From Eledone cirrhosa (lineage: Eukaryota), in contig OZ024753.1 of NCBI GenBank assembly GCA_964016885.1, positions 6,262,001 through 6,326,000 on the forward strand: 64,000 nucleotides of DNA. Reading direction: 5' to 3'. Made by a program: the position numbers and the translations under genes. How positions within the stretch are numbered: position 1 is the first letter of the stretch; the number at the start of each line of letters is the position of its first letter. The notes beneath the pieces are model-generated. The model saw nothing but the letters and a program-made list of their open reading frames with translations. It did not search any database and was not told the origin of the DNA. This document shows positions 39,247 through 52,471 of this stretch, one piece after another.

Positions 39247-39552
39247 AATAATTGTTTCTATTTTAGGCACGAGGCCAGCAATTACTCAGTACATTACTGG
39301 TACTTTATTTTATCGACCCCGTAAGGATGAAAGGCAAAGTTAACCTCGGCAGGATTTGAACTCAGATCGTAAAGGGACGTAACTATGCTGGAAAGCATGT
39401 CCGACCCTCCACCGATACGGCCCTTTATAGTCTGAGTTCAAATCCCGCCGAGGTTAACTTTGCCTTTTATCCTTACGGGGGTCGATAAAATAAAGTACCA
39501 GTCACGCACAGGGTAATTGCTGGACTTGTGCCAAAAGTTTGAAACTATTATT
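39247..39552. mobile_element. Two SINE copies fused head-to-head (minus 39247-39418, plus 39419-39552)
   Basis: A reverse-complement copy directly abuts a 5'-truncated forward copy. Confidence 0.88.
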
Positions 39553-40759
39553 ATTATTATTAGTAGTAGTATCTATATTCTTATTATATATATATTATCT
39601 ATCGTCATTAATTTAAATAAACAAAGAAAAATTAACTACAAGCTAAATTTTAATGGATATTTTAAAATTGATGTAGGTTGTTGTAAATGGTGAAATAATG
39701 AATGATTAATTGAAAAGTGAAAACAATTTCGAAGCACACGGTACATTAAATCTAAATGAAACAGAATGATATAAAATGGCGGTTAATATGTTTATAATGG
39801 AAACCACTAATTGCCTTATTTTCTCTGTGTGCTTAACATATTGTCACTTATATATATATATATATATATAGGTATATATATATATATATATATACATATG
39901 TAGGTGTGTATATAGATATACATACACACACATACATATACATACATACATACACAGGCATATATATATATATATAGGTATACAATACACATACATATAT
40001 ATGTATACATGTATAGATATACATACATACACACACACACACTTATATATATATATATATATATAGCACGGAAACGGAAAATGAATGAGCGATATATTTA
40101 TCTCCCATTGTCCGATATTGTGTTATGATTATTATGTTAAATACATCATTGAAATAAGTAATTGTGGTTCCAAATCATAGAAATTATATAACGTCTGCTT
40201 AATTTTTACGATTGTTGTATACATCTGCTCCAAATTTCTAACGGATATATGTTTTTCATAAAGGATGTAAATTATAATCATTGTTCATTTTAATTATGAT
40301 TATTTCCTAATAGCTCATGAAATATATCACCCGGGAATCTTTTAAAATGTGACAAAGTCAGACGATATTTCAGAGATTGCAGAATTCTCTTCACATTATT
40401 CTGTGAATTATTTTCTCATCATAAAATTATTCATTCATGAGGTTCATTTCTCAATATATTTTCAAATTTTTTTTTTTGTAATTAGATTGGTATCAAACAC
40501 CAACACTTTCCTTTTGGAATCTGACTAAATTAATCTTGTTTTTCGTTCTGCTACATCAGCGTCTTATCATAGTAATGGAATCGTACGAATTAATTTTTAT
40601 AATACTCAGAAGAAAATTTAACTGATATTAAAATGCAGATAAACTAATTGTATGTTTTCTCAGCCGTACATCAATTTGCTTTAAGTACGAGACAAAATAT
40701 AACGCTCAACATTTTAAATCTTGTTCGTAGTTTGTTTCAAGATGCTGCAGATTTCAATC

Positions 40760-41100
40760 TAGTCTTCTTCTTGTCGTGTCCACCAGAGTCAGTTACAAAG
40801 CTTGGCTAGATATGGTTCCGCCATAGCTGAACACATTGCTGTCCTTTCTCATTAAACTCCGCCAAGTCCAATGCTGTGCAGGGGTGTTCCAGCAGGGGGC
40901 ATATCAGGAGATGCTGCATAGTCTTGATACCGCAGTCACACACAACGTCCCCATCCTTTAAATATCCCCGTTTTGCAAGAGTCACTTTTGCACGTCCAAC
41001 AACAGATCTTAGTCTGTTTTAGCATGTCCACACTGCATTTACACACTGCACAGTTTGTATCTGCTCCAGAGGACAGTGCTTCGCTCGCCGTTACTGATGG
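40760..41100 (-). mobile_element. Vingi/Ingi-like LINE 3' end (same family as 48890-49450)
   Basis: Minus strand LKDGDVVCDCGIKTMQHLLICPLLEHPCTALDLAEFNEKGQQCVQLWRNHI*, ending GGACACGACAAGAAGAAG. Confidence 0.78.
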
Positions 41101-41607
41101 GAGGGTATTAAGTCTTCGATCTAGTAAAACTTTAATATCAACGGCCCTTAAAATTAGTCAGTATATATGCAGTCCTTAGTACAAATCGCTGCGTATAGAG
41201 AAATCACTGTTATCTACGACTGTTGAAATATAAATATTAAGTGTCGGTAAATACTTCGTCGGCCTAAACTGCAGATATAAAATTATTTGTATGTGTTTTC
41301 CACCTCTATTTCGATTCTTTGACAATAATACTTAATTAGTGAATTTAATGTAAGGTTTTGTATGACCCAAAATATATTAATACTGCTTTTTCACGAAATA
41401 GTTCAAACTCATCGACGATACGAGATTGAGTCTAAAGGAAAATCTCCGTTAGGACTCGAATAATTTGTAAAACTAGAAAGCAAATGCAATGTAACAAATC
41501 AGAAACAAATGGAAAATTGTTTTAGATTAAATCAAATATATCATTATGATCACGTTTGTTTTCAGAATTATCATGTTATTCATTTATCTAACTAATATTA
41601 TCTATCC

Positions 41608-41900
41608 AGGTGGATTGACAGAATCGGTAGAGCGTCACACACCATGCTTTGCAGTATAGTTATGGCCCTTTACGCTCTGAGTTCAAATCCCACCGAGGTT
41701 ACCTTTGCCTTTAATCCTTACGGGGTCGATAAAATAAAGTACCCCCTCCGAAAATGTTGGCCTTGTGCCTAAATTAGAAACAATTATATTATTGATGTGA
41801 AGGCGGCAGATTGGCAGTATTAGTAGAGGGTCGGACTCCATGCGTTGCAACATAGAGTTATGGCCCTTTACGGTCTGATTTCAAAAGTAGAAACCATTAT
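41608..41900 (+). mobile_element. Tandem SINE copies (one near full, one internally deleted)
   Basis: Two heads (GGTGGATTGACAG..., GGCGGCAGATTGGCAG...) and two GAAAC(A/C)ATTAT tails. ATTATCTATCCA flanks both sides. Confidence 0.82.
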
Positions 41901-43194
41901 CTATCCAACTAATATTATACGCATGTTCCAGCAAGTTCCCTATCAATTAATGTAGTCTAAACAAAAAAAGGTAATAATTATTCGTAAAATTTAAATAAAT
42001 CTATAAGATGCCAACCATTATAGCACATCTCAAATAAATTCCATAGACTGCTTCACTTTCAACAATCGAGGAAACAAACCAAATTCCAAGTGCTTACCAA
42101 TGTGTCCGAACACAGAAGAGCCGAAATCCCACTGGCATCGCCCCAATCTCTCTCGCCCTGCCCATCTCTTTCGCCCTCCTCATCTTTCTATTTTATACTC
42201 TTTTACCTGTTCCAGCCATCCGGCTGAGGCCATGCTGGAGCAGTTAATTATATTCGCAGACTATAAATAATTGGCCAGGAAGGAAATAATATATTTTTGT
42301 ATCAATGTATTAAAACACCGAAGAAATTAGAGGATATAATAACCTTAGCTTTACCTCAATTCTACAACTTCCCGGTCCTTTGAGGCTTCATTTAGATTCC
42401 TTCGATAAAATATTTATCAGTAATATATTTGTAACAACGAGAACAATTATATAGCACGTTACAAATATTTTCATTGCGCTTATTCACAAAATGTCTATTC
42501 ATTATATATAGTTGTAAGGATATAGTAAACATTTCTCTGAGAACAATTGCTATGACAACAAAGTATTATGGCGAATGAAAATAAGAACTTCTGAAGACTT
42601 AGAAATCATTCAAATGTAGACCATGTTTGCCATAAATAATATCTAGAAGGAAATTTATCACGCAGCCGACGTAGGAAGTTTTAGAAAATCAACAGAACTT
42701 CTGTAAAGTGTCAGCTGTATTATTTACTTTAAAGGAAACCGATATTTTATTAGATTTCTTAGCGGCATTAACTGCTTAAAGTTATAGATTCCTGTTTTTA
42801 TCGCTGGCACTTCTAACATTGCAATCGTTATTGTCATTGATTGTGATTTTACATAATTTACTATGAAAGAAAGAATGAATGTACAAGACAATACGAGATT
42901 ACCAAGACTCTGACATTCAGCAAATGATCGTTTTACGCACTATGAGTTTTAAACTTGGTAACTTTCATACCTAGTTGTCATGCTTCTTTCTGGCATCGTC
43001 ATAACGTATCTTTATGCATGTCAGCTTAAACGAGTTATACGTGTAATATATTGATATGTTATGTCCTACATTTAAGTCCTTTTCATGACATACAATCTCA
43101 TACAGACATATGCAAACATGTACAGACACACATAAACATGCACAGACACGCACAGCTACACAGCTACACATACACACATACACACACGCACAGA

Positions 43195-43340
43195 CACACA
43201 CAGACATATACAAACACACACATACAGACACTCACATACAAACACTCACATACAAACACTCACATACAAACACTCACATACAAACACTCACATACAAACA
43301 CTCACATACAGGCACTCACATACAGGCACTCACATACAGG
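43195..43340. repeat. 14-bp minisatellite (CATACAAACACTCA)n within a CA-rich tract
   Basis: Direct reading. Confidence 0.85.
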
Positions 43341-43657
43341 CACGCGCACACACACGTCCAGACATGCACACACGCGCATACACACACGTACAGACACTCA
43401 CACACACACAATCACACACAGACATACTACACACTCATATAACTTTCCCTCTCTCACACGCAGTCACAAGCACGCATATATATGTATACATACACAAAAC
43501 CGGAAGCAGAGTCGGATACACTCACACGCAGACACGCACACACACACACACACGCACACACACACACACACGCACACACACATATGCAGGCATACACACA
43601 CACATGCAGACATACACTCGAAGACATACACTCGCAGACATACACACACTCAGATCT

Positions 43658-43790
43658 ATCTGTCGAAACGGCCGAAGCTCAGCCGTCAGGATCCTGACTC
43701 TTCTCCTATTACCCACTCTACTATCCCTATGTATTGAGTACTCTGGTGCGTTATGGTCCACCTGGCATCTTACCACACTTTGTCATAAAT
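43658..43790 (+). mobile_element. Half-hammerhead PLE-like repeat (no fold-back)
   Basis: TCTGTC-GAAACGGC-CGAAGCTCA-GCCGTC-AGGATC...GAGTACTCTGGTGCGTTATGGTCCACCTGGCATCTTACCAC, then (TA)n. Confidence 0.75.
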
Positions 43791-43954
43791 ATATATATAT
43801 ATATATTGTTTTGCGAGATTTTTTACATGAAATCGTGTGTCGAAACAAATATTGTTACACTTGGGGAGGGTCATATTGTTATAATATTGCCAGAAATAAT
43901 AACAAAACACACTCACTCTTTCGTTTGGTTAGGTTTTCGCTTCTGCATCATTTA

Positions 43955-44115
43955 TATCGGTAGAGGGTTGGTGCCATGCTTTGACGCATAGAGTTACGGC
44001 CCTTGCCATTCTGAGTTCAAATCCCACCGCGGTTAACTTTGCCTTTCATCCTTACGGGGTTGATAAATTAAAGTACCAGTAATGCACTGGTAATTGCTGG
44101 CCTTGTGCCAAATTT
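43955..44115 (+). mobile_element. Dominant SINE
   Basis: Consensus match, slightly 5'-truncated. Confidence 0.88.
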
Positions 44116-45058
44116 TGACATGACTCTCCCCAAGTATAACAATATATTACTTTCAAAAATTTGGAACAAAGCTTGACATGTTGGCTAAAGTTGCTAACTT
44201 ACAGCTATGTTTATACCTAACATAAGTAACATAAGTAATATATGTAAGTTTAATGAGACAAGGTGGCATTTGGTGCTTAATCACAGCGTAGTCTATATAA
44301 TAGCGTAATGTGTGTAGACATGCCGGTTCAATTTTGCTAGATTTTATATATTATAAGGGAAAGGGATAGTCAAACCCAGTGCTCTAGCTGTGGTTTATTT
44401 TATCGACCCAGTAAATATTCATAGCAAATCTAACTCCGGCGAGATTTGAACTCAGTACCTAAAATACCGTGGCTATATGCAACAACGCAATTTTTCTGCT
44501 CTCAAACGCCCCAATATATGAAAGTAATGCCTCTGAGGCATTGCTATAGAAATGTTTCATTAATTTTTGCTTGTTGATATATGTCTAGCGCAATTTTCCT
44601 AATTATTAGTAATTGATTGATCTTATTCCATTATCATTGTCATGATTCTTGAATGATTATTATATTAAATATCCGATTTGATGTTTTGTTGCATTTTTCA
44701 TAAACGGACGTTAATGAGAATATCACAGCTGAATCCATGTATTGTGTGTGACAGTTGATAATTTGTGAAACTTACAGTCATATTGATGCACAAGTGCTGA
44801 TTCTGATCGTTCTTCCAGGAGGTATTATATTAGAGTCAGTATGATATTTGTTAAATATGCTAGTCGAGGCGATATTAATATACGAAGTGGTTGTACGGCA
44901 TGACTATTCCATATTTTGTTTTCTACCGGTAGAAGAAAGTAAGAGGTAAAATCTACACCTATCTACATGTCTATCTGTATATCTATTACTCAGTCCAGTC
45001 CATCTATTTCTCTTTCTAAATATATATATAAGATTATATATATATATATATACATCTA

Positions 45059-45103
<45 letters not shown>

Positions 45104-45256
45104 AATTAATCGTATATAGAGATAAATATAAAAACGGGTTTTGATTGTTACTGGTAATACACTTTCCATAGAGGTTTCTATAATCGGGGATTCGGAGAGA
45201 ATGATTGAGGTAGTTCTGTCAGTTATTTATCTCTCTCTCTCTAAATATATGTATAT

Positions 45257-45453
45257 ATAGGAGAAAGTATGACCCCGACAGCAGAGCTCAAGCTGTTTCG
45301 ACGGCTATTTCTGGACGCTCCAGAAATAGCCGTCGAAACAGCTTGAGCTCTGCCGTCGGGGTCATACTTTCTCCTATTACCCACTCTACCACCCTAAGTT
45401 ATGAGTACTCTGATGCGTTATGGTCCATCTGATTCCTTACCACAATTCCTTTG

Positions 45454-45456
<3 letters not shown>
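45257..45456 (+). mobile_element. Half-hammerhead PLE-like repeat with 59-bp fold-back palindrome
   Basis: Arms 45257-45315 and 45319-45377, loop CGC. The right arm continues into the family tail. Flanked by (TA)n. Confidence 0.85.
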
Positions 45457-45493
<37 letters not shown>

Positions 45494-45524
45494 GCACAAA
45501 CACATATACTCATATACATATATA

Positions 45525-46062
45525 CATTGAAGCACTTCAAAGGTCAATTACCAAAACGATAGATGGCATGACAGGCCTCGACTATTGGGGTTGACTAAAA
45601 TTGCTCAAACTGTATTCTCTCCAACGCCACCAGAGCGATACATTATATCCATGATGTGAAAAATATTTCATCAACATTGCCCAAATGATGTTGACATTAT
45701 CTTTAGTACAACAAATCTTGTGCCCCGTGCTATCCACCAAACAAACAAAAATCACAACATAGCAGCAAATTTATTTCATCACATTACAGCGCAATTATTT
45801 CATCTCAATTGGCCCCGCTCTCTTTAACATTACACCTAAACTCATAAAAACAGAAACAGACCTCATAAAGTTTCAGAGGTCTTTGGACAAATTCCTTCAA
45901 GAAATCCTGGATAAACCTCCTACACCAGGATATGCCTCCGTAAACAATAACTCGCTACTTGAGTGGGCCATGATGCCCAAATCCTGATTTGAAAGACTTC
46001 GCCAGTTGGTGCTATTAAGTTAAACATGGCCTGGACCAATACCGAAACCTATCAAAGTTATC
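45525..46062 (+). mobile_element. CR1-group (Zenon-like) LINE 3' end
   Basis: IEALQRSITKTIDGMTGLDYWG*LKLLKLYSLQR..ERYII ... GPALFNITPKLIK..FQRSLDKFLQEILDKPPTPGY..NNSLLEW. Confidence 0.8.
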
Positions 46063-46115
46063 TATACATATATAAATATATGTATATATATGTATGTAAA
46101 TATATACATATGTAA

Positions 46116-46162
<47 letters not shown>

Positions 46163-46237
46163 TATATATATACACACACACATATATATATATGTAAATA
46201 TATACATATATATATGTAAATATATACATATATATAT

Positions 46238-46270
<33 letters not shown>

Positions 46271-46289
46271 AATATATGCATTTATATAT

Positions 46290-46458
46290 AGAGGTTAAAT
46301 TTCGTTATAATGGATATCATTATAATTAATTTTCAGTGTAACGAACATTTTTTCAATCCCTGGCCACACGCTCGATGTGTTAGGTCGATCTCGTCATAAA
46401 GAATTTTACGTTACAATTTTTATATACTCGGTGAATTTCGTTATAACGGAATTTCTCT
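46290..46458. mobile_element. Possible Tigger-like MITE
   Basis: Ends AGAGGTTAAATTTCGTTATAATG / CGTTATAACGGAATTTCTCT, with the repeated CGTTATAA motif. Confidence 0.4.
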
Positions 46459-46461
46459 TCC

Positions 46462-46534
<73 letters not shown>

Positions 46535-47227
46535 AAATATACAGATGAATAATAAGGAAATCATTTTTAATGGTAACTCTTCTCTTTTGAAGTACCCAAT
46601 CGGTCATTTTAAGCTATTATACACTGCAATTAGACGTTAGCATCGGAAAGCAAATGTATTTAAACATGTCATATATCGTGTGTGAATCAGAAGAAAATAT
46701 AGAAATCAGTTCATCTCAACAAAAACATATTTCAACGTCTTCAGTATTGATGTATTTCTCTGTAATCCACAGATATTACTAAATCTAGTTTCATTTATTT
46801 TCTAAAGCAAAAGATCTTTATATTTCAATGTCTACGTTGTGTAGCAAGTAATTATGGAATCTAAACATGCCGACTGAGACGAAAGCATTGATATATGGCT
46901 TTCTTTCATGATTTGATCGAATAAATGGTATTGGAGAAATTAGCAATAATCAGAAGTTTGCATAGAGAATAAATAGAAAGTTTCTAGATAATAGAGGTTG
47001 CAGGGTCCACGTACTGATGCGTCTCATTATAATACCGTGCTATGTTCTGAGAGTAAATGAATATGTGCGTGTGAATGAGAAGTCTTGCCTAACCCAATAA
47101 ACCCGGACAGTTTATGCTTTTCAGAAGAATCCACTAAAATCTTTATTGATCATAAAAGTATTAATGAAACTATTCAGCTAAAAGGAATCAGAAGTACATA
47201 ACAAAAACAACAACAATAACAATAATA

Positions 47228-47555
47228 ATAATAATTGTTTCTATTTTTGGCACAAGGCCAGCAATTACCCAGTGCATTAATGGTACTTTATTGTATCGAC
47301 TCCGTAAGGCTGAAAGGCAAAGTTGACCTCGACGTGATTTGAACTCAAATAATAGTAATAATAGTAATAGTAATAATAATAATAGTAATAATAACAATTT
47401 CTACTATGAGAACAAGGCCAATCATTTTGGTGGAGGGGAAAATTGATTAAATTGACCTCAGTGTATTACTGGTGCTTTATTTCATCGGACCCCGTATGGA
47501 TGAAAAGCAAAGATAACCTCGGCAGGTTTTGAACTCAGAGCGTAAAGGGCATAAT
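47228..47555 (-). mobile_element. Two partial SINE copies separated by (AAT/AGT)n
   Basis: Reverse-complement matches; the second is the longer-tail variant. Confidence 0.8.
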
Positions 47556-47809
47556 AACACATGTATATCGAGATTTAGAAAATACTTAATGTCCTAGCGT
47601 CTGCTTGTTTATAGTGCTGGTATCTGTAGTGTACTGTCTCCATTTATAATAGTGGAAATCCCACTAATTTTAAACAGATATTTGTTACACATGTAGATCA
47701 AGAGTTAGGGAATGATCAATGTGATTGCGTTTGTTTGTTATAGTGTTGGTATTTGTAGTGTAGTGTCTGTATTTATAATATTGTAAAGTCCGGTAATTTA
47801 GAACAAATA

Positions 47810-47965
47810 CCGTATTTCGCGGCGTCGAAGACGCTATTTTGTCCCTAAAATAAGTCTCAAAATTCTACCATGCGTCCTGGAGGCTGAAGGTTGTTTATTT
47901 TATTTTCTTTTCAAAATTAGGGTGCGTCCTCGAGGACGAAGCATCTTCGGCGCCGGGAAATACGG
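47810..47965. mobile_element. 156-bp Tc1/mariner-superfamily (Tc2/pogo-like) MITE with TA target-site duplication
   Basis: TIRs CCGTATTTCGCGGCGTCGAAGACGCT / AGCATCTTCGGCGCCGGGAAATACGG; TA at 47808-47809 and 47966-47967. Confidence 0.85.
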
Positions 47966-48496
47966 TATTTGTTAAAAGATTAACTGGGAAATGGTAATAT
48001 TCTGATGTTCTTACCACATTATTTTTGTATATAACATCATTGAGATCTAGAACTGACGTACAAATTGTAATGCAATTGACAGTTTCTATACTAAAATGAT
48101 ACGAAAGAAGGAAAAATAGATGACCTCACAAACGTTACATTTATCAAACTTCCACACGATTACAAATAAATAAAATAAGAATTTCAATCACGAATCGTGA
48201 GGAATCATCTTTTTGCATGACATTAGTCTATTTGGCAAGGGCTACGGATTACTCACAAAATAAGTTGATAATAATGTCACGCAAGGACATTTATCGGTCT
48301 AATACTCCATTTTGTGTGTATGTGTCTGTGTGTGTTTAATCCCTCGGCATTTATGGTATAGTTTACAAGAATCTTCCCTTTCCTTATTGAAAGCAAATAA
48401 ATATAACCAAAAGAAATCGGCAGTGACATGCAGCATATATACGATATATGTTCAACTAATGTATTTGTTTAAATATATACATACACAGTTAGTTCC

Positions 48497-48540
<44 letters not shown>

Positions 48541-48889
48541 CCAGTAGCATTAAGTAGTGTTTTGTATATTATATGTTTATATACAATAATGAAAAAAAAC
48601 ACTTTTTTTTCTCTCTTTCTTGGTTTGTGAACATGCCACACACGCTCCCACCGCATACATACACACGCATATATATATATATATATGTGTATGTGTGTTA
48701 TTAGATAAATATGAGGCATCAATCGAAATACATATGCCAGATTTTTGACTTGTTGAAATGTTAAGTATGATGCTACACTGCAGCATAACCTTGAGTTTAT
48801 ATACAAATCAAGATTGCGTAGCTTATCGCTCAGCCGCGTAGTCCTTGCAGATATATTTAAAAAAAAAACTGGAATTATATGATATGATA

Positions 48890-49450
48890 CACTGTCTTGT
48901 AGCAATCAAGAAAGAGCGTCAACAACAAATTACAGATCAAAAACATCCTCTCTTCAGCCATGTGCCTGCCAAAAGCTGCCTTAAATCTAGGAAAAGTTGC
49001 CTCAAGAGCGTCACACCCCTTGGAACATCAAGCATAAGTATTGAAAGAGTCACTCGCTTAGAAACAAACTTAACAACCTCCCATCTATAACAACAATGGG
49101 GCTAAAGGTGAGCGTGGCACTGCGCACCCCACCCCCACATCCAGGAGCAGATACAAACTAGGCTGTGTGGAAATGCCTCAACAGATTAAAGACCTGGTGT
49201 TGGTCGAGCAAAGCCAATCTGGCAAAATGGGGATATTTCAAGGATGGGGACGTTGTGTACGACTGCGACATCGCACCACAGACTATGCAGCACCTCCTCA
49301 TATGTCCCCTGCTGGAACACCTTTACACTGCATTGGACTTGGCAGAGTTTAATGAGAAAGGACAGCAATATATTCAGCTGTGGCGGAACCACATCTCGCC
49401 AAGATCTGTAACTCACACTCTTGTGGACACGATAAGAATAAAAAGCAATC
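48890..49450 (+). mobile_element. Vingi/Ingi-like LINE 3' end
   Basis: KHPLFSHVPAKSCLKSRKS ... WKCLNRLKT..LAKWGY..DCDIAPQTMQHLLICP (C-terminal zinc knuckle), ending GGACACGATAAGAA. Confidence 0.8.
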
Positions 49451-50397
49451 AACCTAGAAGAACATAATTAACTCCAACATTAAACAAAGCACGACTGTTA
49501 AGAAAAATCCAAAGAATTGAATTATTCATACACAAGAATGTATTTCAACGAAGATATATCGCTTTATTTACTCCGACTAAATCTCAGACTTTCCTTAACA
49601 GGATAGGAAATGAAAAATGGTGTTGTCATTATGTATATAAACATTTTGCATATGTATAATTATATATCTTGCAAACTACATTCTTATACATTCATATATA
49701 TATATATTTATATGATTATAATATATAAATAAATATATATATATATATAACCAAAAGTTAAACAAGGTTCATTGATTAATCAAGGAATATAGTTTTACAA
49801 TAGATTAGAAGCGGTCAGCAAAAAGGTTTTCTGGAGTTATTAATATTAATTCAAAATACTAATAAATATAGACATTCACGTAATCAAAATATGTGTGTAT
49901 ATATATGGATATAGATCTATATATATAATAAACACAAACACTACAGGGAGCCTTACCACAGAAAGAATTTCTATAGACTTCTGAGATGAGGAATGCTCTC
50001 AAAACTGACCAATGGGAAGTTTGACATGTTTTGGTTATTTTGTTACTTGCCACCTTGTTCCTTCTACCACTTTATCAATCTTTTAAGCTAACTCCAACAA
50101 TAACAACACTACCAACACAAGAATTGAGGTCAGATGTACCTAACAATAACAAGAACAACAACTACAGATTGGCTTGCCTCAGAACGAACTGCTATAGACT
50201 TTTGAATGAGGAATGTGCTAACAACTGACCAATGAGAGGAGAAGAGGCCCTTTGACACTGAAATTCGTTTGTTTGAATTCATATGATTCCAGTTCCTCAA
50301 TGAAATAACAACCCAACCAGGAACTGGGCATATCAGAGTATTGACAAAATTATACACCTCAACAACATATGTACTTGTCTATACCACACTAATTCGG

Positions 50398-50452
50398 ACT
50401 GCCTGAAGAGTTCACAGCCAAAGATGGCTGTCACCGAAATATATATAGCAGT
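50398..50452 (+). ncRNA. Type I minimal hammerhead ribozyme motif (intact core)
   Basis: Stem I ACTGC/GCAGT; CTGAAGA; stem II ACAGCCA-AAGA-TGGCTGT; GAA + palindromic ATATATAT + A (A50447). Confidence 0.87.
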
Positions 50453-50682
50453 AATAAACGAAGCTAAATTTTAAACATTTGCATATATATGTAATGATAA
50501 TAAATATGAAGACTAAAATCCATTCTTTACTCTCATCTCCTCCTCTTTTTCATCCTTTCCAACCCCCCTCCCTCAATTTTTTTTCTCCCAATATCACACA
50601 TCAATCAAAAACTACTTTTCATATGTTGATTTAAACTGCACTATTCACAAGTGTTTTTAACCTTCATATCATGTCTCCCTAT

Positions 50683-50744
50683 TTTATCTGACGAAAACGC
50701 AAATGTCATCGCATGATATTTGTTTTTGAAATGCGCATAATAAA
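50683..50744 (+). ncRNA. Type I minimal hammerhead ribozyme motif (intact core)
   Basis: Stem I TTTAT/ATAAA; CTGACGA; stem II GCAAATGTCAT-CGC-ATGATATTTGT; GAA + palindromic ATGCGCAT + A (A50739). Confidence 0.85.
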
Positions 50745-50879
50745 TTACATGGAACTCTTTTAACCATCTTTTGATCTTATATATTATTATTTATACTCCA
50801 GTCCTACAAACTGTAGAGTGCTACTTATCCGATATCTGCATTGCTTTATTGTACTACAATAAAACTCACCTCCTACATA

Positions 50880-50928
<49 letters not shown>

Positions 50929-51554
50929 GCATCTAAGATTGCAAACATACACAAATATATGTACGCTCACATGTACATACACAAATACACTTATACGTAT
51001 ATAACATAAAACATACTCGCCCCCTGCACACATAGATATATGCATACGTATTTACACATACACATTCACACACAAGCGAATATATACATAAAACATATAT
51101 ATATACATACTCATATACGCATAAATATATATATACACACACATACAACATACAAATAAAGGCAGACATATAGTAGTGATACAAGAGTTAAAGTATATAA
51201 ATTTTAAGTATCAAGTGAGCATAAAATAATAAGAGTGGTAGGAAGGGGGGTAAAATATTTTCAATGAAGTGTCTAAAAATATATTTTATCAGACTGTCAT
51301 AAATGAAACGATACATTATTAAGGAAGTAAATATAAAAATATATTTTTGACATAAGATACTGTCAAATAGGGCAACGTATGTGGATAAAGAGGAGTGGGA
51401 TCGAATCTAATGTTATTCAAAGAGGAAAAAAAAATTAAATATGCAAGCCAGAGGCGTATAGAGGAAAAAGAGGAATAAGTTATTTAGATAAGAGAAAGAA
51501 AAGATGTTAATCATGTTGGTGCCTAGCAAAAGTACGTAGATGTGTTGGCAATTA

Positions 51555-51606
<52 letters not shown>

Positions 51607-51781
51607 TTTAAAGGTTAAACAAGGTTCGATGAATAAATCAAAGAATTAGTTTTACAATAGATTGGAAGCACTCAACTGTGAGGTTTTCCGGAGTTATTAA
51701 TAGTTCTATTTTTGTTAATATTTTGAATGGATATATATATAATATATTAATAAATGGAAACTATATTTATAAAACCATAAT

Positions 51782-51845
51782 TATTTTATTATATATATTT
51801 CAAGGGCAACCAAGGCAATCTTTGTGCGCTTTCATCAGATAAATA
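51782..51845 (-). ncRNA. Minimal hammerhead motif, AT-rich PLE-like family
   Basis: Minus strand TATTTAT-CTGATGA-(stem II)-GAA-ATATATAT-A-ATAAAATA. Confidence 0.72.
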
Positions 51846-52294
51846 CAAAATATGTTTTTATAAATAGTGCCATAACCGTGGAAAACAACCTTGACGGTTG
51901 AAAAAGGTTTGTTGGAATCCCAGCAAATTAAATATAACTTCTGCATATATATATATATATATATAAATTGCCAAGACTGGAATTGAACTATCAGCACAGT
52001 TGAAGTATGTCATACATCAATTTATTTTATCTGATGAGGACGTACTAAGGAAATAGCACTGTACCTCTGAAATATATTTGATCACATGAATGTCTATATT
52101 TAGTAATATATATATACACACTCACTCATACCGTTTTGTAAGATTAGTTATCTGATGAAAACGTGTGTTGAAACATATTATATTTTGTGAGGGTCATGTT
52201 GCCAATAAAAACGCACGCACCTGTTATGTGGTAACACACAAAAACAACATGGTGTAGGACAGAACAAAGGAAAGAGACACATCATAAAAACCTA

Positions 52295-52337
52295 GTCACT
52301 GAGGAGTTCACAGAATGTGTGACGAAAGAGCTTTGGC
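52295..52337 (+). ncRNA. Minimal hammerhead motif inside a short element with inverted ends (~52178-52462)
   Basis: GTCA-CTGAGGA-GTTCACAGAATGTGTGAC-GAA-AGAGCT-T-TGGC. Flanking inverted repeat GAGGGTCATGTTGCCAATAAAAAC / GTTTTTATTGGCAACATGACCCTC. Confidence 0.7.
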
Positions 52338-52471
52338 AATATATAAACAATCTTCCGGTTACTGGAACCAACCAAGCAACCGCAATTTTATAATAAATTG
52401 AAGTCAAAACCATCAGGTGCATGTGTTTTTATTGGCAACATGACCCTCCCAAAGTGTAACGATATCTATAT

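Noticed and set aside
44768-44935. Minus-strand acceptor/donor pair
   Set aside because: All three frames contain stops; at most a non-coding exon.
50280-50335. SECIS-like ATGA + hairpin
   Set aside because: The 3' side lacks the GA of the non-Watson-Crick quartet and there is no upstream UGA-containing ORF.
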